NCBI GenBank assembly: GCA_048772705.1
Contig: JBLWGC010000109.1
Span: 310,001-374,000, forward strand
Direction of reading: 5' to 3'
From: Leidyana gryllorum EB-2025a
Lineage: Eukaryota; Protista; Apicomplexa
Length of the DNA stretch: 64,000 nt
The notes under the pieces were generated by a model. That model had not been told where the DNA came from. It did not search any database and saw only the letters and a list, made by a program, of their open reading frames with translations. Shown here piece after piece: positions 47,629 through 59,317 of the stretch. The first letter of the stretch is position 1. Every line of letters starts with the position of its first letter. Position numbers and translations under genes: made by a program.

Positions 47629-49594
47629 ACACACACAGACACACACACATATTCATGACTCTGCAGAAATGGCGGGAGAGAAGAACGCCTCCCAAAAGGG
47701 CAGCAAGAATCCGATGGTCAAAGATGACGAGGGGCCGCGCTTCCAGCCGCCTGCGCTGACTGCTCAACCGAAACGAGGCGCGCTCAAGTCGGCGGCTCCT
47801 CCAGTGGGCGGCCCACCGCCACGGCCACCAGCGACGGTAAGAAGCGGTTGGACGAATTTGTGGGCACCCACTCTTTGTCTCTTTGTCGCAGAAGGGCATT
47901 TTATCCAAAAAGAAAGCGGCACCGCCACCACCGCCGTCATCCTCATCGTCGTCGTCGTCGTCAACTTGTTATTCGAGTTCGGCAGCGAGCAGCAGCGATG
48001 AGAGCAACGGCTCTTCCGGCTCGGCCTCGTCGTCTTCGGGGTCGTGCAGCTGCTCAGAGAGTGAAGAAGAGCCGCCCAGAAAGCAGCCGCAGCCGCAGCA
48101 GAGGGCAAAGAAGAGTGTGGCTATCCGAAGGCGTCGGGAATCGACATCGGCGTCCTCTTCTTCGAGTCGTTACTCCTCAGCTTCGGCTTCTTCGTCTTCT
48201 TCTTCTTCTTCTTCGAGCACTCGATCGTCTGTGAGTTCCTCGTCTTCGTCGAGCAGTGAAGAAGTGGTGAAGCAGTGCCGCAACAAGAGAGTGGCCGTTG
48301 CCAAGAAGCCGGCCGCAGCCGGTAAGAAGAAGGTGGTACGGACTGCGGCACCCCCCCCTTCGTCCTCTTCTTCGGTATCGGTGGCGTCGACGTATTCGTC
48401 TTCTGCTTCTTCTGCCGCCTCGTCATCTTCGCGGGGGACCAAAAGCTCTTCGAGTCGCGGCACTTCGCGTTCCGCGTCTTCGTCGGCGGCGACGTCGCGG
48501 TCGTCGGCTTCATCTTCGTGTCAGAGAGTTTCGGCCAAGGCAAAGAATCGTGTTTCTGTGTCGTCAGTGAGCACTGGCAGCTCCAAGTCGTCGAGTAAGG
48601 CGGGAGGGCGTCGGGCTGGTGCAGCTCCTCCGCCTCCTCATGCAGTAAGCGGGAAGAGTGAGCCTAGAAATGCTACCACCACCGAGGCGGTGAGGAGGCT
48701 GGGGATAAGGGACTCGGATTGACAGTCACATTGTGCAGCAGCCGCCGCCCAAGAACAGTGCGCGAAAGGTTGGGACAACACACTCCTCTTCCAAGAAGGT
48801 TAATAATTCACGGTGAGTTGCGTGGGGGCGATGGAGGGGTTTGAGGTTTGAGGTTTGGGGTTTGGGCATTCGGCTTCACCCCACTTCGCCCGCCCGCCCT
48901 CCCTCGCGCACCTCGGCGCTGTTTGACTTTCGATGATTAGATCGCCGTTTGTTGAAGGCGAATCACAAACGCCGGGGACGACTACGAAAGCTGTCAAGAC
49001 GCTCGTCTTAAACAAAGCCAACGTCCGTGAGACCACATGACAACTTATTGAGACGTTTCACTGTTCGTTAGTCAGGTACCCTCCCTTGATGATCACTTAA
49101 CATCCGCGGGATTGAGGCGTCACTCGGGTCCCAACAACTCGTCAGCGGCTTTTTCCGGTACGGGGCCGGGCGGATTCCGTTCGGGCGCGAGCTCTGTCAC
49201 GACGTGTGACCACCAACTGGGTTCGTTCGTCGCCGCCCCTTTCGAGTCTGTGTATATGCCCTCGCCCTCGTCTACGTCAAAGCGGAACAGTGCGACTCAA
49301 TTCAATGGTGTGGGAGCGATTCCGGCTCCCACAAAGAACCATCACCACCATTCGGCTCCCCCATTCAGCACGCGTGGAAAGCGCAGTGAGTGGGAGGCGG
49401 ATGTTATTGTGGAAAAAGGGCGAGAAGGCGCAGTCCGGACGACGATCAAAGTGGCTGGCGACTCGGCCCAATTGAGTCGGGAAGAAGTGCAAAAGATGTT
49501 AAATCTGATCAGAAGCGGCAAAGTCGAAGATCAGGGACTCCGCCCCGTACTGGAAAGAAGCTGTCGATTGATGGAACACCTTGACGCCATCTAA
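45802..49594 (+). CDS. Large multi-exon Ser/Asp/Glu/Lys-rich low-complexity protein
   Basis: ORFs 45802-47169, 47220-47474, 47669-47837, 47883-48644 and 49076-49594 can be linked by GT-AG introns. Acidic-Ser and basic blocks alternate (Nopp140-like composition only; no homology claimed). Confidence 0.55.
47587..47649. repeat. Intronic (CA)n microsatellite
   Basis: Seen directly between a GTGAG donor and a CTGCAG acceptor. Confidence 0.9.
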
Positions 49595-49949
49595 CGCTTG
49601 TCCTCTGTCTGTCCCCACTAATGACGCGGCTATTCGGCTATGGTCTCTTGTTTCCTGTCTTTTGTCTCTTGTCGCCCTCCTCTGTCGTCCTCTCTCTCCC
49701 CCCGTCTCGTTCGCTCCGTCGCCCGTCAGACGTCTGTCCACCTTTGCGGCAGAAACACTCTGGCGCGAGGCTGCTCGGTGGTTCTCTCTCTCTTTCTCAC
49801 CTTTCTCTCTCTCTTTCTCTCTTTCTCACCTTTCTCTCTATCTGTCTCCCCTCGCTCGCTCTCTTCTGCGCCTCCCTGCTATCCCGTCGTTCCCTTCCTG
49901 GTCTATATATGGTGTATGGTCTGCTTCAATGTGTTCCCTCTCGCACCAG

Positions 49950-50655
49950 GGCCGGCGGCGGAAGGTGATTCACTACTAATGACGAGGCACAATAGCAATA
50001 CGACAATCGAGTCAGCACAACAAGCAGCGTCCCCTTTACCAACGAATGATGCACCCTCTCAGCGTGGGTCCACCACGTCAGCGAACAAAAAGTCAAGAGC
50101 CGCCCCGAACCAAGTTGTTGTCCCACCATCACATCCAGCCCAAGTTCCGTCGGCGGCAACAGCGTCGTCGTCGTCGTCTTCTGCGGCTGCTGAAGCGTCG
50201 ACAGGCGTTGTACCGCCTCCATCCACCACTCAAAGTACCTCCCACCACCAGCCATCAACCCCCCCGGCGCCTGCGATCGCTCCAACCCAGCAGCCACCGC
50301 CACCAAGGCGGAATGTCGTCGTTCTGCCGGGTCCATCAGTAAGTTACTCTCAATGTTCGATGGCTGGGCACACACACTTTCTGTTATCAGGAGGTTCCAC
50401 CCACCAGTACTCGATCTTTGGAAGGCAACGACCCGCCTTCGTCTTCTTCGAAACGTGGGCGAACCGCCTCTCAAGAGGCCGCTTCCAAACGATCAACTGA
50501 ATTTGGCCGTTTGCGGGGGAGGATGGCCTCAATGAAAGCGTAAGAACACATCTTCTGTCAACGGAATTCTCTCTCTCTGTCTCGCTGTCATTCAGTCCGA
50601 AGCCTAAGTTTGAGAACGATGTCGAGGAGTTGCGAGTCAAACTTGGTTTGATATG
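49950..50655 (+). CDS. Pro/Ser-rich hypothetical protein (3 exons; may be the 3' part of the preceding gene)
   Basis: Exons joined by GTAAG..CAG introns near 50339-50390 and 50540-50595, ending KFENDVEELRVKLGLI*. Confidence 0.5.
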
Positions 50656-50691
50656 AAATTTTACTCTTATAAGTAGCCAAAAAATAAGGAG

Positions 50692-51183
50692 ATGTATAAC
50701 GGGGTCGGGCTGCCCACACCAAGAGGTTCGGGTACTTCTGGTCACATACAGCGTAACCTGGGCCAATTGCCTGTTCGCCGTCTGGACATATCATCCAGAC
50801 AGGTCAAGAAGACGGCCAAGAAACTTGGTGATCGAAAACCCGATAAAGCTATTCTGGAGCACAAAAGGCGTCGCCGGATTGAGGCCGCTGTACTCGAATA
50901 TATGGAACAATTCGCTAACGACCAAAGTCTTTCTCAAGAGAACCTCGATCAACTCGAAGCTAAAAAACGCCTCGAACTGGCGGCTAAATTCACCAAGGAA
51001 GAAGATGTCATAGATAGACCATCAGCTGCCTCTTCAGCCGCCCCAGCACCAGAGTACGTACTCGATAACCTCCACATACATCTACAATCTACCACCAGAC
51101 CCGACACCCACGATCAGGTGCTCAGAAAGCGAGCCGAGGACCGTAAACTACGGAACGCATTCGGTATCAAGAGCGATGAATGA
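50692..51183 (+). CDS. CWC21: Pre-mRNA splicing factor CWC21 (SRRM2 N-terminal/cwf21 domain)
   Basis: MYNGVGLPTPRGSGTSGHIQRNL, PDKAILEHKRRRRIE, DTH, LRNAFGI. Confidence 0.92.
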   Translation: MYNGVGLPTPRGSGTSGHIQRNLGQLPVRRLDISSRQVKKTAKKLGDRKPDKAILEHKRRRRIEAAVLEYMEQFANDQSLSQENLDQLEAKKRLELAAKFTKEEDVIDRPSAASSAAPAPEYVLDNLHIHLQSTTRPDTHDQVLRKRAEDRKLRNAFGIKSDE

Positions 51184-52077
51184 ACAACAAATGCCAAACA
51201 GGAGGACTACACCAACAAGCATGTCTTCAACCCCACTTATTGGCTAACACTCAACAACAACTCACTCTGTGGAGTATGCCAGCCACCCTTTTCGCGCATA
51301 TGTATCAGTATGTATGTTATATCTCATCCCATCGATCAGGCGGCGGCGACTGGCATTCCAACAGCCGCGAGGCACAATCACCATCCACGTCCCGCCGCCA
51401 CCATAACCGATTGAGCGCTCGCCCCCGCGAGGGTTCGGCAGTCGGGACGGGCTGATGATCGATCAAGTAAGCAACAGGATCTCAATGCTTCGCGGGACCG
51501 GAGGCCAGTTATAAACATACTCATTGAGGTTGTTTCTAATAAGCACAAAATGCTGTTCTAAGCAGAATGACAGAACCCATAAAGGACGTGTTTTACATCC
51601 ACACACACGTGTGTGTGGGGGCTATTTTTCCAGCTAGTCGCCATAATGGGTCCAAAAGTAGCTCGGTGATTTGATGTCGGCAGCTGGTTACTTGACCGCT
51701 TGTTAGACAAATTCGCTGTAAGCGGCCTTACGCCAATCCACAATATGCACTCTGAATTTTCGATCATGTATGGTCGAACCACGAACGCTCAGTCTGCTGG
51801 ATTCTGGGACATTGAGGCCATCTGGGACAGTTCAGGGGCAAAGTAAGGCCTTAAGTATCGAATAAGTCGTGCAAACTCGCTGGTAGCAGTCGCTGAATGC
51901 GAAGTTTGGCGCCCGGTGGCCCTCCTCTTAGGACAAGGCCGATTTTGAGACTCGGGTAGGGGTTGTATGTTGCTTTCTTTCCTGTCAGAAAGTGTCATTT
52001 CATCTTTGGCAGCGAATGGTAACAGAGAAGGCGAATCATTTCCTTGTCTGCTGATTCATAGGCGTTGTTTAGACATT

Positions 52078-52416
52078 ATGTGGGCGAGAGAGGCTATTCC
52101 TAAATTCAGTCATGCCGTTTGGCTTGCCGACTACACGATGGTAGTCGCGCGACCAGGTGAACCGCTACTAGGATCAGTTCCACCAGATGTGAATCTGATG
52201 CCCAGCAAGTCGGCGCTTAAGCAGCCAAACAATAATTCAGAAGTCTCCCCTCATCACCCGACAAAACACGTCAAGTTTGCGAACCCTGAGGTAGCCGGCG
52301 GGGAGGTCACCCACAGCCTCCTTTACCAGCCGGTGTCACGGGATGAGAAGCTACTCATGGTAGCTCCTCCATTCCAGATTATCCCTTCCGAACAGCGAAA
52401 TCGATATCTTTCGTAG
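52078..52416 (+). CDS. Small hypothetical protein
   Basis: ATG ORF with no recognised motif. Confidence 0.3.
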   Translation: MWAREAIPKFSHAVWLADYTMVVARPGEPLLGSVPPDVNLMPSKSALKQPNNNSEVSPHHPTKHVKFANPEVAGGEVTHSLLYQPVSRDEKLLMVAPPFQIIPSEQRNRYLS

Positions 52417-52703
52417 CGTTACCCGTCTTATTTTTACTCTTGTTTCAATAGTCACTTGGAACACAGACAACGAAAATCTAATATATGAAAATGCCACAAC
52501 GACAGAGTATGTAGCTGCTCGCAACGAACGCGTGTCGAAACAACCAACCCGTCGTCAGGGCTAAAACTCCGACTTGGCATGTTCAAACCCCTTCCTCCAT
52601 TGCTGTATAGAGGCAGGTGGTTCATAAATGGGCAATCACTATTTAGAGACATAAACACGTACAGATCGATATGTGTCAGACAGTCCAGGCGCGACTCATG
52701 TAT

Positions 52704-53867
52704 CTATGCTTCTGAATAGTCCAGCGCGATTAAAGATATGGCCATTACAACCATTCCTCCCACAAAGGATAGAGAAGTGATCCGATTCCCCGTGTCATAC
52801 CGAATTGCCGCGAACAACAACTCCTTCAGAGCAACATTCACCATGATTCCGGCCGTAAGGAAGAATAATACGCCAAACACAATCGGTGCTGGCGAGTCAC
52901 CCATGGCCCACCAAGCCAACAGTCCGCCCAAAGGCTCTGCCATTCCACTCACACCCGCGTACAACAGAGCTTTCTTCCCAGATCCTGTACCGAATAATAT
53001 GGGAACGGCTACAGCCAAACCCTCGGGAATGTTGTGAATGCCTATTGCAATGGCCAACCCCTGGATACAATTGAGTAATAGGAATCACTCCGGCATTGAT
53101 CCCTTACCGCTCCCAATCTCAAATCTGCCGCGCCTCCCGTAAAGGTGGCTATACCCTCGGGAATATTGTGCAACGCCAGCACAAAAGCAGTGAAGTATCC
53201 CAGTCGGGTTATCTTGTGGCAGTCCGCATGGAACTGCTTCTCAGCGATCAACTTGGCGCCCTTGTCAATATCTTCCGTGCCCACCACTGCTTTGAAGACT
53301 TTTGAATCGACCAGCTGTCGGAAACATGATTTATTCCGCCCATTGATATTATCCTCCATCGCCTCCAATTCGAAACTCAATAGTGATGACCGACCAGGAT
53401 TGCTCAGAGGTGCTGTGCATGAAGTCGTTTCTGTTGAGGGAAAGACTTCTTTGTTGGCCCCACTTCGATCAGAGTGCGCATCCAGCAACAGATGTAGAAT
53501 GCCATCCATCAAGCTCGCTAGAATCCAGCCAGCAAAGAACAAACCCATCCCGGTGGCCGCCACCGCTCGCTTGAGATGCGCTTCATCTTTCCAGCCGCCT
53601 TCTTTCGAAAAGCCTGTGGTAAGGAGTGTCTAAGTAGTGAACACACGTGTGTGGTGCTCGGTGCCTACCTTCTTCCATGTGTTCTAGACCTTCCGTGTAG
53701 ATCTCCACGAAAGACACGAATGTCATCACTCCACCAGCGAAGCCCAATGCACCTGCAAAGGGTACAGGCTTGATGCTTTTGCGAAGCAATAAAGCTAGCA
53801 GACCACCCAGTATGGTGGCCGAGCCGGCCAAGAAGGTCATGGTGATAGCTATGCCATTCCTGTTCAT
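52704..53867 (-). CDS. ZIP-family (ZupT/GufA-like) zinc/iron transporter, 3 exons
   Basis: TFLAGSATILGG, LGFAGGVM, two HNIPEG motifs, SGMAEPLG, TAGIMV; introns 53668-53614 and 53107-53061. Confidence 0.92.
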
Positions 53868-53955
53868 GATATATTACAAAGGTCGCGCCCAATGAAGTCT
53901 GTTGTTCGATCTAATTAGCTAAATAACTATTGCTTTGATAAAGTCTAATGTGAAA

Positions 53956-56889
53956 TCAGTCTGTTTCTAGTTGCTCGTCCTTGACTCGGCCGGACCCATA
54001 GTGATAACACTCATGTAAGCCAACGCTTACATCGGGGCCCGGCAAGCCAAAGGCGAAGTTGGGTGGGGCACTCGCTAAGGTTGTATCGAACATGCCCATT
54101 GGGTTGTCGCCGGCACTCGGGGGAAGTGTGAGGTATTCTCCGCTGGAGGGGCACGTGGAAACGCCCCAGCTGAATGTTTGACATTGTTCTTCCTCATCGG
54201 TTTCGGGTCCTGAGGGGGGGAGCGGGGCGTCTGGTGAGACAGAATCGATGAGGACGTGCATCTCATCTTGGGCGAGAAGGTCGGCTGGTGAGCTGATGGG
54301 AGCGGATGATAAGGCAGCGAGTTCACTAGAAGAAGGCTGTGCGGTTGGCGCGTAGCAGTCTGGAGTGAAGGAGGCCGCAGTGCACGGCGTTTTGACATTG
54401 TGGTTGGCCTTGAGGAAGGGCGGTAAGAATCCAGTGACTCGTATGAAATCCATAACGGTCTGGGCTCTTGAAGATGCGCCATCGCTTCCATATTTCTGTC
54501 GGGTAGAAAAGGGATTGATTGTGTGGGTGACTACGGGTTGGGGCGGGAACTCACGAGGATGCTGAAGGAGCTCTGTTGTCTTCTGCATTTCTTGAGTCTC
54601 AATGAAGGAGGGGTCAGGAAGGGATGTTCTGACCGTACATGACTCCGTTCTAAGTCTCCGCCATCGCAAGTGGCCTCCAATATCCAGTAGACGACGCGAT
54701 ATTCCTATGGAAAGTCACAGAAAAGCTGATTGATCTTACATTCTTATTAGCAGGTCGATAGACCCTCTCTTCCTTGGCTCTTACTAAGGCCTCCCCATTG
54801 TACCACCTATCGAGACCATTGGGGAGGGATAAGATTTGACTCACGCGTAATACCGGCTGGGATCGACGCACATGACACTCCCCATAGGATACCACATGGC
54901 CATATCCCGCATCGGTGAGAAAGCTGGCTGAATGTGCCAAGCCCCCTCTGAAACACTCAAGGCATACTGATTGAACGCCTGAGAAGGATTGGTAACGGTT
55001 GGTATCGATCTGACTTACCCGCACATCTTGTTGGATGTAGTCCATTGCCGTCAGACTTTGCTCATGGATTACCTCCCGAGTCGGTCTAACGTGCAAGTCG
55101 CATGGCATGCGCTTCATACGATCGACTTATCGCACCGAATCGACCATTATTACGGCGGATCTCCATCACTTCTAATTGCTCGGCCACTCTCCATTCAGCC
55201 GGCTTCACCCCTGACCGCTTTTCACAAAACAGGTCGCACCATCGTCCCTCACGTTCACTGCTCAGTATGCAAGCGCCATAGATGGCCTGGGCCAATCCCA
55301 CCAATACTGCGGCGGCATTCAGCCAAAAGTGATAATTCATTCGGTAGTGGAATTGGACAGATTGACAGATTTGTTGGGGAAGGGGATTTATGTCATTCTG
55401 ACACCAAATGCCGTCCAATCAAAAATTGAGCCGCTCACGTAGAGATCATTGTAACGACAAAAGTAGTCATGAATTGAGTGAAGGGAGTAGTTCGCTGTAA
55501 AGGTTGCGAGCAATAACTGCCAACAAAGGCTCAATCGGCCCCCACACATCCCAATGCTTACAAATGAGACGGTGCTGATAACAACGCAATCTGCCATCAT
55601 CCACGCCTTATTCCTCCGCCATCCGACAATCATTGACAGTAAACCACCCAGGATGGCCGTCCCCTAAATAAGATTCGCAGTGGTCGCACTGTGCGCTACT
55701 CACTCCGCCGATCAATCCATTCGATAATAACAAAAGGAAGAATTGATTGACTTGAACTTGGGCGTCACGTGACAAATTTAAATACGCTGACCAGGTCGAC
55801 GCGCTCCAATTACACATTCTGCTGCCGCCGCTCACCCAATTCGTCGCCTTGAGCAAATCTGGACATACCGTCCAGGTACCTCATACCAATGGCAAAGATC
55901 ATGCAGCCCAAGACGAACCGAACGGTCGCCAAAACTCCATATAACATTAGCACTCGACTGCACCAGAGATACAACGTCAACAAAGACGCGAACGATCCAG
56001 CGGCTTGGGTCCAGAAAATCCAGCCTGCTGTACCTTCAGTTCGCCCACAAAAGATCAACCGAGCAGACTTGCTGACTGCAAACATAGGCTCGTCTTCGCT
56101 GAATGGCTGACAATACCACTATCTGGAGCATACGTAGCTGCCAACATACTGTCAATATGAAACCTGTCAAGCGTGTGCTCAGGTCGCAACCTTCGGTGCG
56201 CCACGTAGTCGGCGGTATACTGCCCGCGACACACAAAAACAAGCACAACTACAGAGATCAACACTGCATGTACAACCCGATGCTGGTGATCGTACCGTCA
56301 ACAATACACGATTAATCAGAACATTTGCGTGATGTCTTCTAGCTAACGGCGAAGTGAATAGCCCCGGATCCAAGGCTCCGTAATACTGCATTTTAGCAGT
56401 TGATCAGGGTCCGTGCAAACGCACACACGTGTGTACGTGAAGCATTAGCTTACTGGATATATCGAGTCGATGGGGTATAATTCCCTGACTTGCCAATCCG
56501 GAGGGGTTGCGATCACCACCAATATGTCAGACAGACATCCCAAAGCATAGCACACCTGCGCGTGCCGCCGTATCAAGAGCAGTTGCCCCACACCAGCGGT
56601 TGCCTACCAGATTGAGACACACACACACAACCGAAGCAATCCATTGTGCTCGGTCAATCCTGCTCAGATGCATATCGCCGCCAGTGCCCCCGCCGCCATG
56701 AAGTCTGACAGCGAGAGCGGCAGCCAACATGCATGTTGTTACGAAGCGAATGATCCCAGATATCAGGTAGCACGTCCACTTGACACGATTTTTCCGCTTG
56801 AGGGGTGGTGTGTTCAAGGAGTACAAGTGTAGCTTTCGGTTGCCTATGCGTCGTACTACTGCAGGGGCCCTGGAGAAGAGGGAGACCAT
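53956..56889 (-). CDS. Multi-exon hypothetical multi-pass membrane protein with a Pro/Ser-rich tail; exon structure unresolved
   Basis: A chain of short hydrophobic minus-strand ORFs separated by GTAAG..AG segments, starting at ATG 56889. Confidence 0.45.
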
Positions 56890-56895
56890 GATTGT

Positions 56896-58438
56896 TCAGA
56901 GCGAGGAGGGGTCTACAAGCTTTGATCTATATGTTTTCTGTTGGCGGGCTTTCTCTTTATGCTGTATAGCCGCCAGAACCTCTCCATCCCTTCTCAAGAG
57001 TTTAGCAGCGCTGCGTCTCTCATCATTATATTTGCGCTTCAATTTGCGATCCTCGTCATTGGTCCCACCAAAATCGACCACTCCCAAAGCTTTGGCTTTC
57101 TGGTAGAACTCGGGATCTCTGATGTCAACGCAACGCGGCCGGAGCGGTTTAACACCCTGAAAAGGATATATCAAAGAGGCGGTGTTGAGTTACGCTTACC
57201 TTTGGTCTGGAGGCAAGCAAGCTGAGGGGAGTGACTATCTGAGCCTTGACCTGTCCGGACAGGACAACCAGTCGATCCAGCGTCAGCTTTTGAAGCTTCC
57301 CTGGAGCTTTGGGCACAATGTTGTTGAGCAACGCGTCGAGCCAATGATTGTGGACAATATGTGCAGAAGAGGAGCGATTGAGGAGGAGCTGAATGTACGC
57401 CTCGAGGTGGTCGAGTGTGCGGGCGCAAACAGAGAGGGCGAGGGGGTGGACAGCTTTGTATGTCTTATTCCTCAAAACTCTGCAGGCTGAGATGAAAATG
57501 AGGACAGCCAATTGAGGGAACTCCGGACACCACCAGAACTGAGTGGCTTCTTGATCTTGCGATGCACAGAGTGGATCGGCCCAAGTTGGGAGAGGTTTAT
57601 GATCAGCGGAGCGCTTGGACAGGACTTTGGAGAGGAGAGAGACGGAAGCGTTGGCGAGTTTCCACTCGTCTATCAATATGTTTGAGGCCTTTGAGACGTT
57701 CGGGACATCTTCAACTTCGTGGAGACTGTCGAACGGGAGATCACAGTCGATGGTGAGAGATTGAATTTTGGGCCAAGTAGCCCACCCCAGGAGGCACCAC
57801 CTAAGGAGAATGATATTGGTGACGAGTGAAGTGAGAGCCTTGAAGACATCGCTATCCGGATGGAATATGGCCAGAAGGGTGGCAACGAGCTTCAGACGCA
57901 TGTGAACAGCGGGTGCGGACTGATCTGTGGTGGGTGGAAGCCATGTGAGGGTCTCAGCGACTTTTAGGATCGATAGGATGTCATTGACGCCAGCGGAGGA
58001 GTTTTGTTTGGCTCTGCGCGACTCCCACTTGGCTTTCGTGGTTTCTAACAAATCATCATTGCTTTCAATGGTATGGGCGAGATGGAGTATGAGGGCCGCA
58101 GTCGTGGAGCGTAGTTCATCTGGGTAGAAAGAGAGCAGTTCTCGGGCTTCAGGGGCGACCCATTTCAGCATTTCTCGAGCAGTCTCCGAGTCATAGTGGA
58201 TAGTGGCGTTGCAAAAGTAGAGGAAGAAAGGGGCTGCGGCCTCTTTCCAGTGTGACTCATATGTGCGGTTAATGTGGACACTGAATATGACTTTGAGTCT
58301 ATTCAATATCTTCCATTGAGTTTTGGGACTTCTGCCAGAGAGTATTGATTCTAAGGGATGAGGAAATGTCTTGAAGGTTAAGGGGACATCCTGTTCGTCA
58401 GCATCGTTGATTTGCCATTCCTCTTCAGTCGGGTCCAT
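56896..58438 (-). CDS. NOP14: NOP14-like nucleolar protein (C-terminal region), 2 exons
   Basis: After a GTAAG..CAG intron near 57199-57158 the C-terminus reads RKLKRKYNDERRSAAKLLRRDGEVLA, matching Nop14 K.ErK.A.rElR.D; upstream WWCPEF and HP motifs. Confidence 0.62.
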
Positions 58439-58461
58439 GGGGTCTTTTTTTTGAGCTGGAA
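58439..58461. promoter_or_regulatory. Candidate 23-nt bidirectional promoter/initiator between the NOP14-like and surface-protein genes
   Basis: GGGGTCTTTTTTTTGAGCTGGAA lies between divergent ATGs. Confidence 0.5.
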
Positions 58462-59316
58462 ATGTGGTGGGTTTCTTTGGTAATAGCAGCAGGTTCTGCG
58501 AATGCTCACTACTTGGGTACCTACGATTTCAATATCATCCAATATCGATGTTTAAGTGATTTGTGCGATACTGTTGACCAATGTGATCAGACTCAGTATT
58601 CTACTCTCAGCCAATGCGCTGGCCATCTGCCCGACCAGGATACCGAGATTTCTGTCAGAAAACGATGGTTTCTCGGGTCTGCCGAGTATTGCAGTGCCCG
58701 TAGTATCTCAAGTGTTGTTGGCTTAGACCTCTGGCCAATACTATATGAAGGATTGAGTATTTCTAACATTGTTGATGATCAGCCTATCGTGTTCAGCGAC
58801 GTTACTAACGCTTGTGGTGACCCGATCGTCTACCAAAGTGCGGTCAAAGTTTCCCATCTCGATACGCAAAGTCCCGAGTGCACCGTTTCGAGGTGGACCG
58901 CTGGCGAAATGCCTCAATGGGAACACTCCCTCGAATTTGACGCCGCCAATAAGCTCATGTACATGGATAAGAACTGGTTCTCAGATGATGCACCTCTCTT
59001 GCTGGTTGCATCTTTTGCTAATGTCAACCCAGCCAATCCAACTGGCTGGTGCGATATCAACTTTGCCGCAACCACCAGAGTCGTGCTGCACACTGACGAA
59101 ATTGTCAAAGCCAGAGATATACCCTATGAAGGCAGCACACGACCTCCTACTGGCGATGGAACAAATAATCATTCAACCACCACCCACCCCGCAGGTTGGG
59201 AACCTTCGCAGATGGCCTTCCCAAGAGATTTCGCCCTGTCTGCCCTCAATACCAATGCTAGTATCTATAGTCTGCTGCTGCCCTTAGCTGCCTGCTTTTT
59301 TAACTTGCCTTTTTGA
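58462..59316 (+). CDS. Cys-rich secreted/surface protein, probably GPI-anchored
   Basis: Signal peptide MWWVSLVIAAGSANA, multiple Cys, a Thr/Pro stalk and a hydrophobic C-terminus (IYSLLLPLAACFFNLPF). Confidence 0.75.
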   Translation: MWWVSLVIAAGSANAHYLGTYDFNIIQYRCLSDLCDTVDQCDQTQYSTLSQCAGHLPDQDTEISVRKRWFLGSAEYCSARSISSVVGLDLWPILYEGLSISNIVDDQPIVFSDVTNACGDPIVYQSAVKVSHLDTQSPECTVSRWTAGEMPQWEHSLEFDAANKLMYMDKNWFSDDAPLLLVASFANVNPANPTGWCDINFAATTRVVLHTDEIVKARDIPYEGSTRPPTGDGTNNHSTTTHPAGWEPSQMAFPRDFALSALNTNASIYSLLLPLAACFFNLPF

Positions 59317-59317
59317 A

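Noticed and set aside
49640-49950. Hydrophobic-looking ORFs over the CT-rich tract
   Set aside because: Translation artefact of a polypyrimidine/(CT)n non-coding stretch.
54880-54950. SASFLTDAGYGH resembling a K+ channel selectivity filter
   Set aside because: It lacks the TxGYG threonine and no following S6-like hydrophobic helix is visible; unsupported without a profile search.
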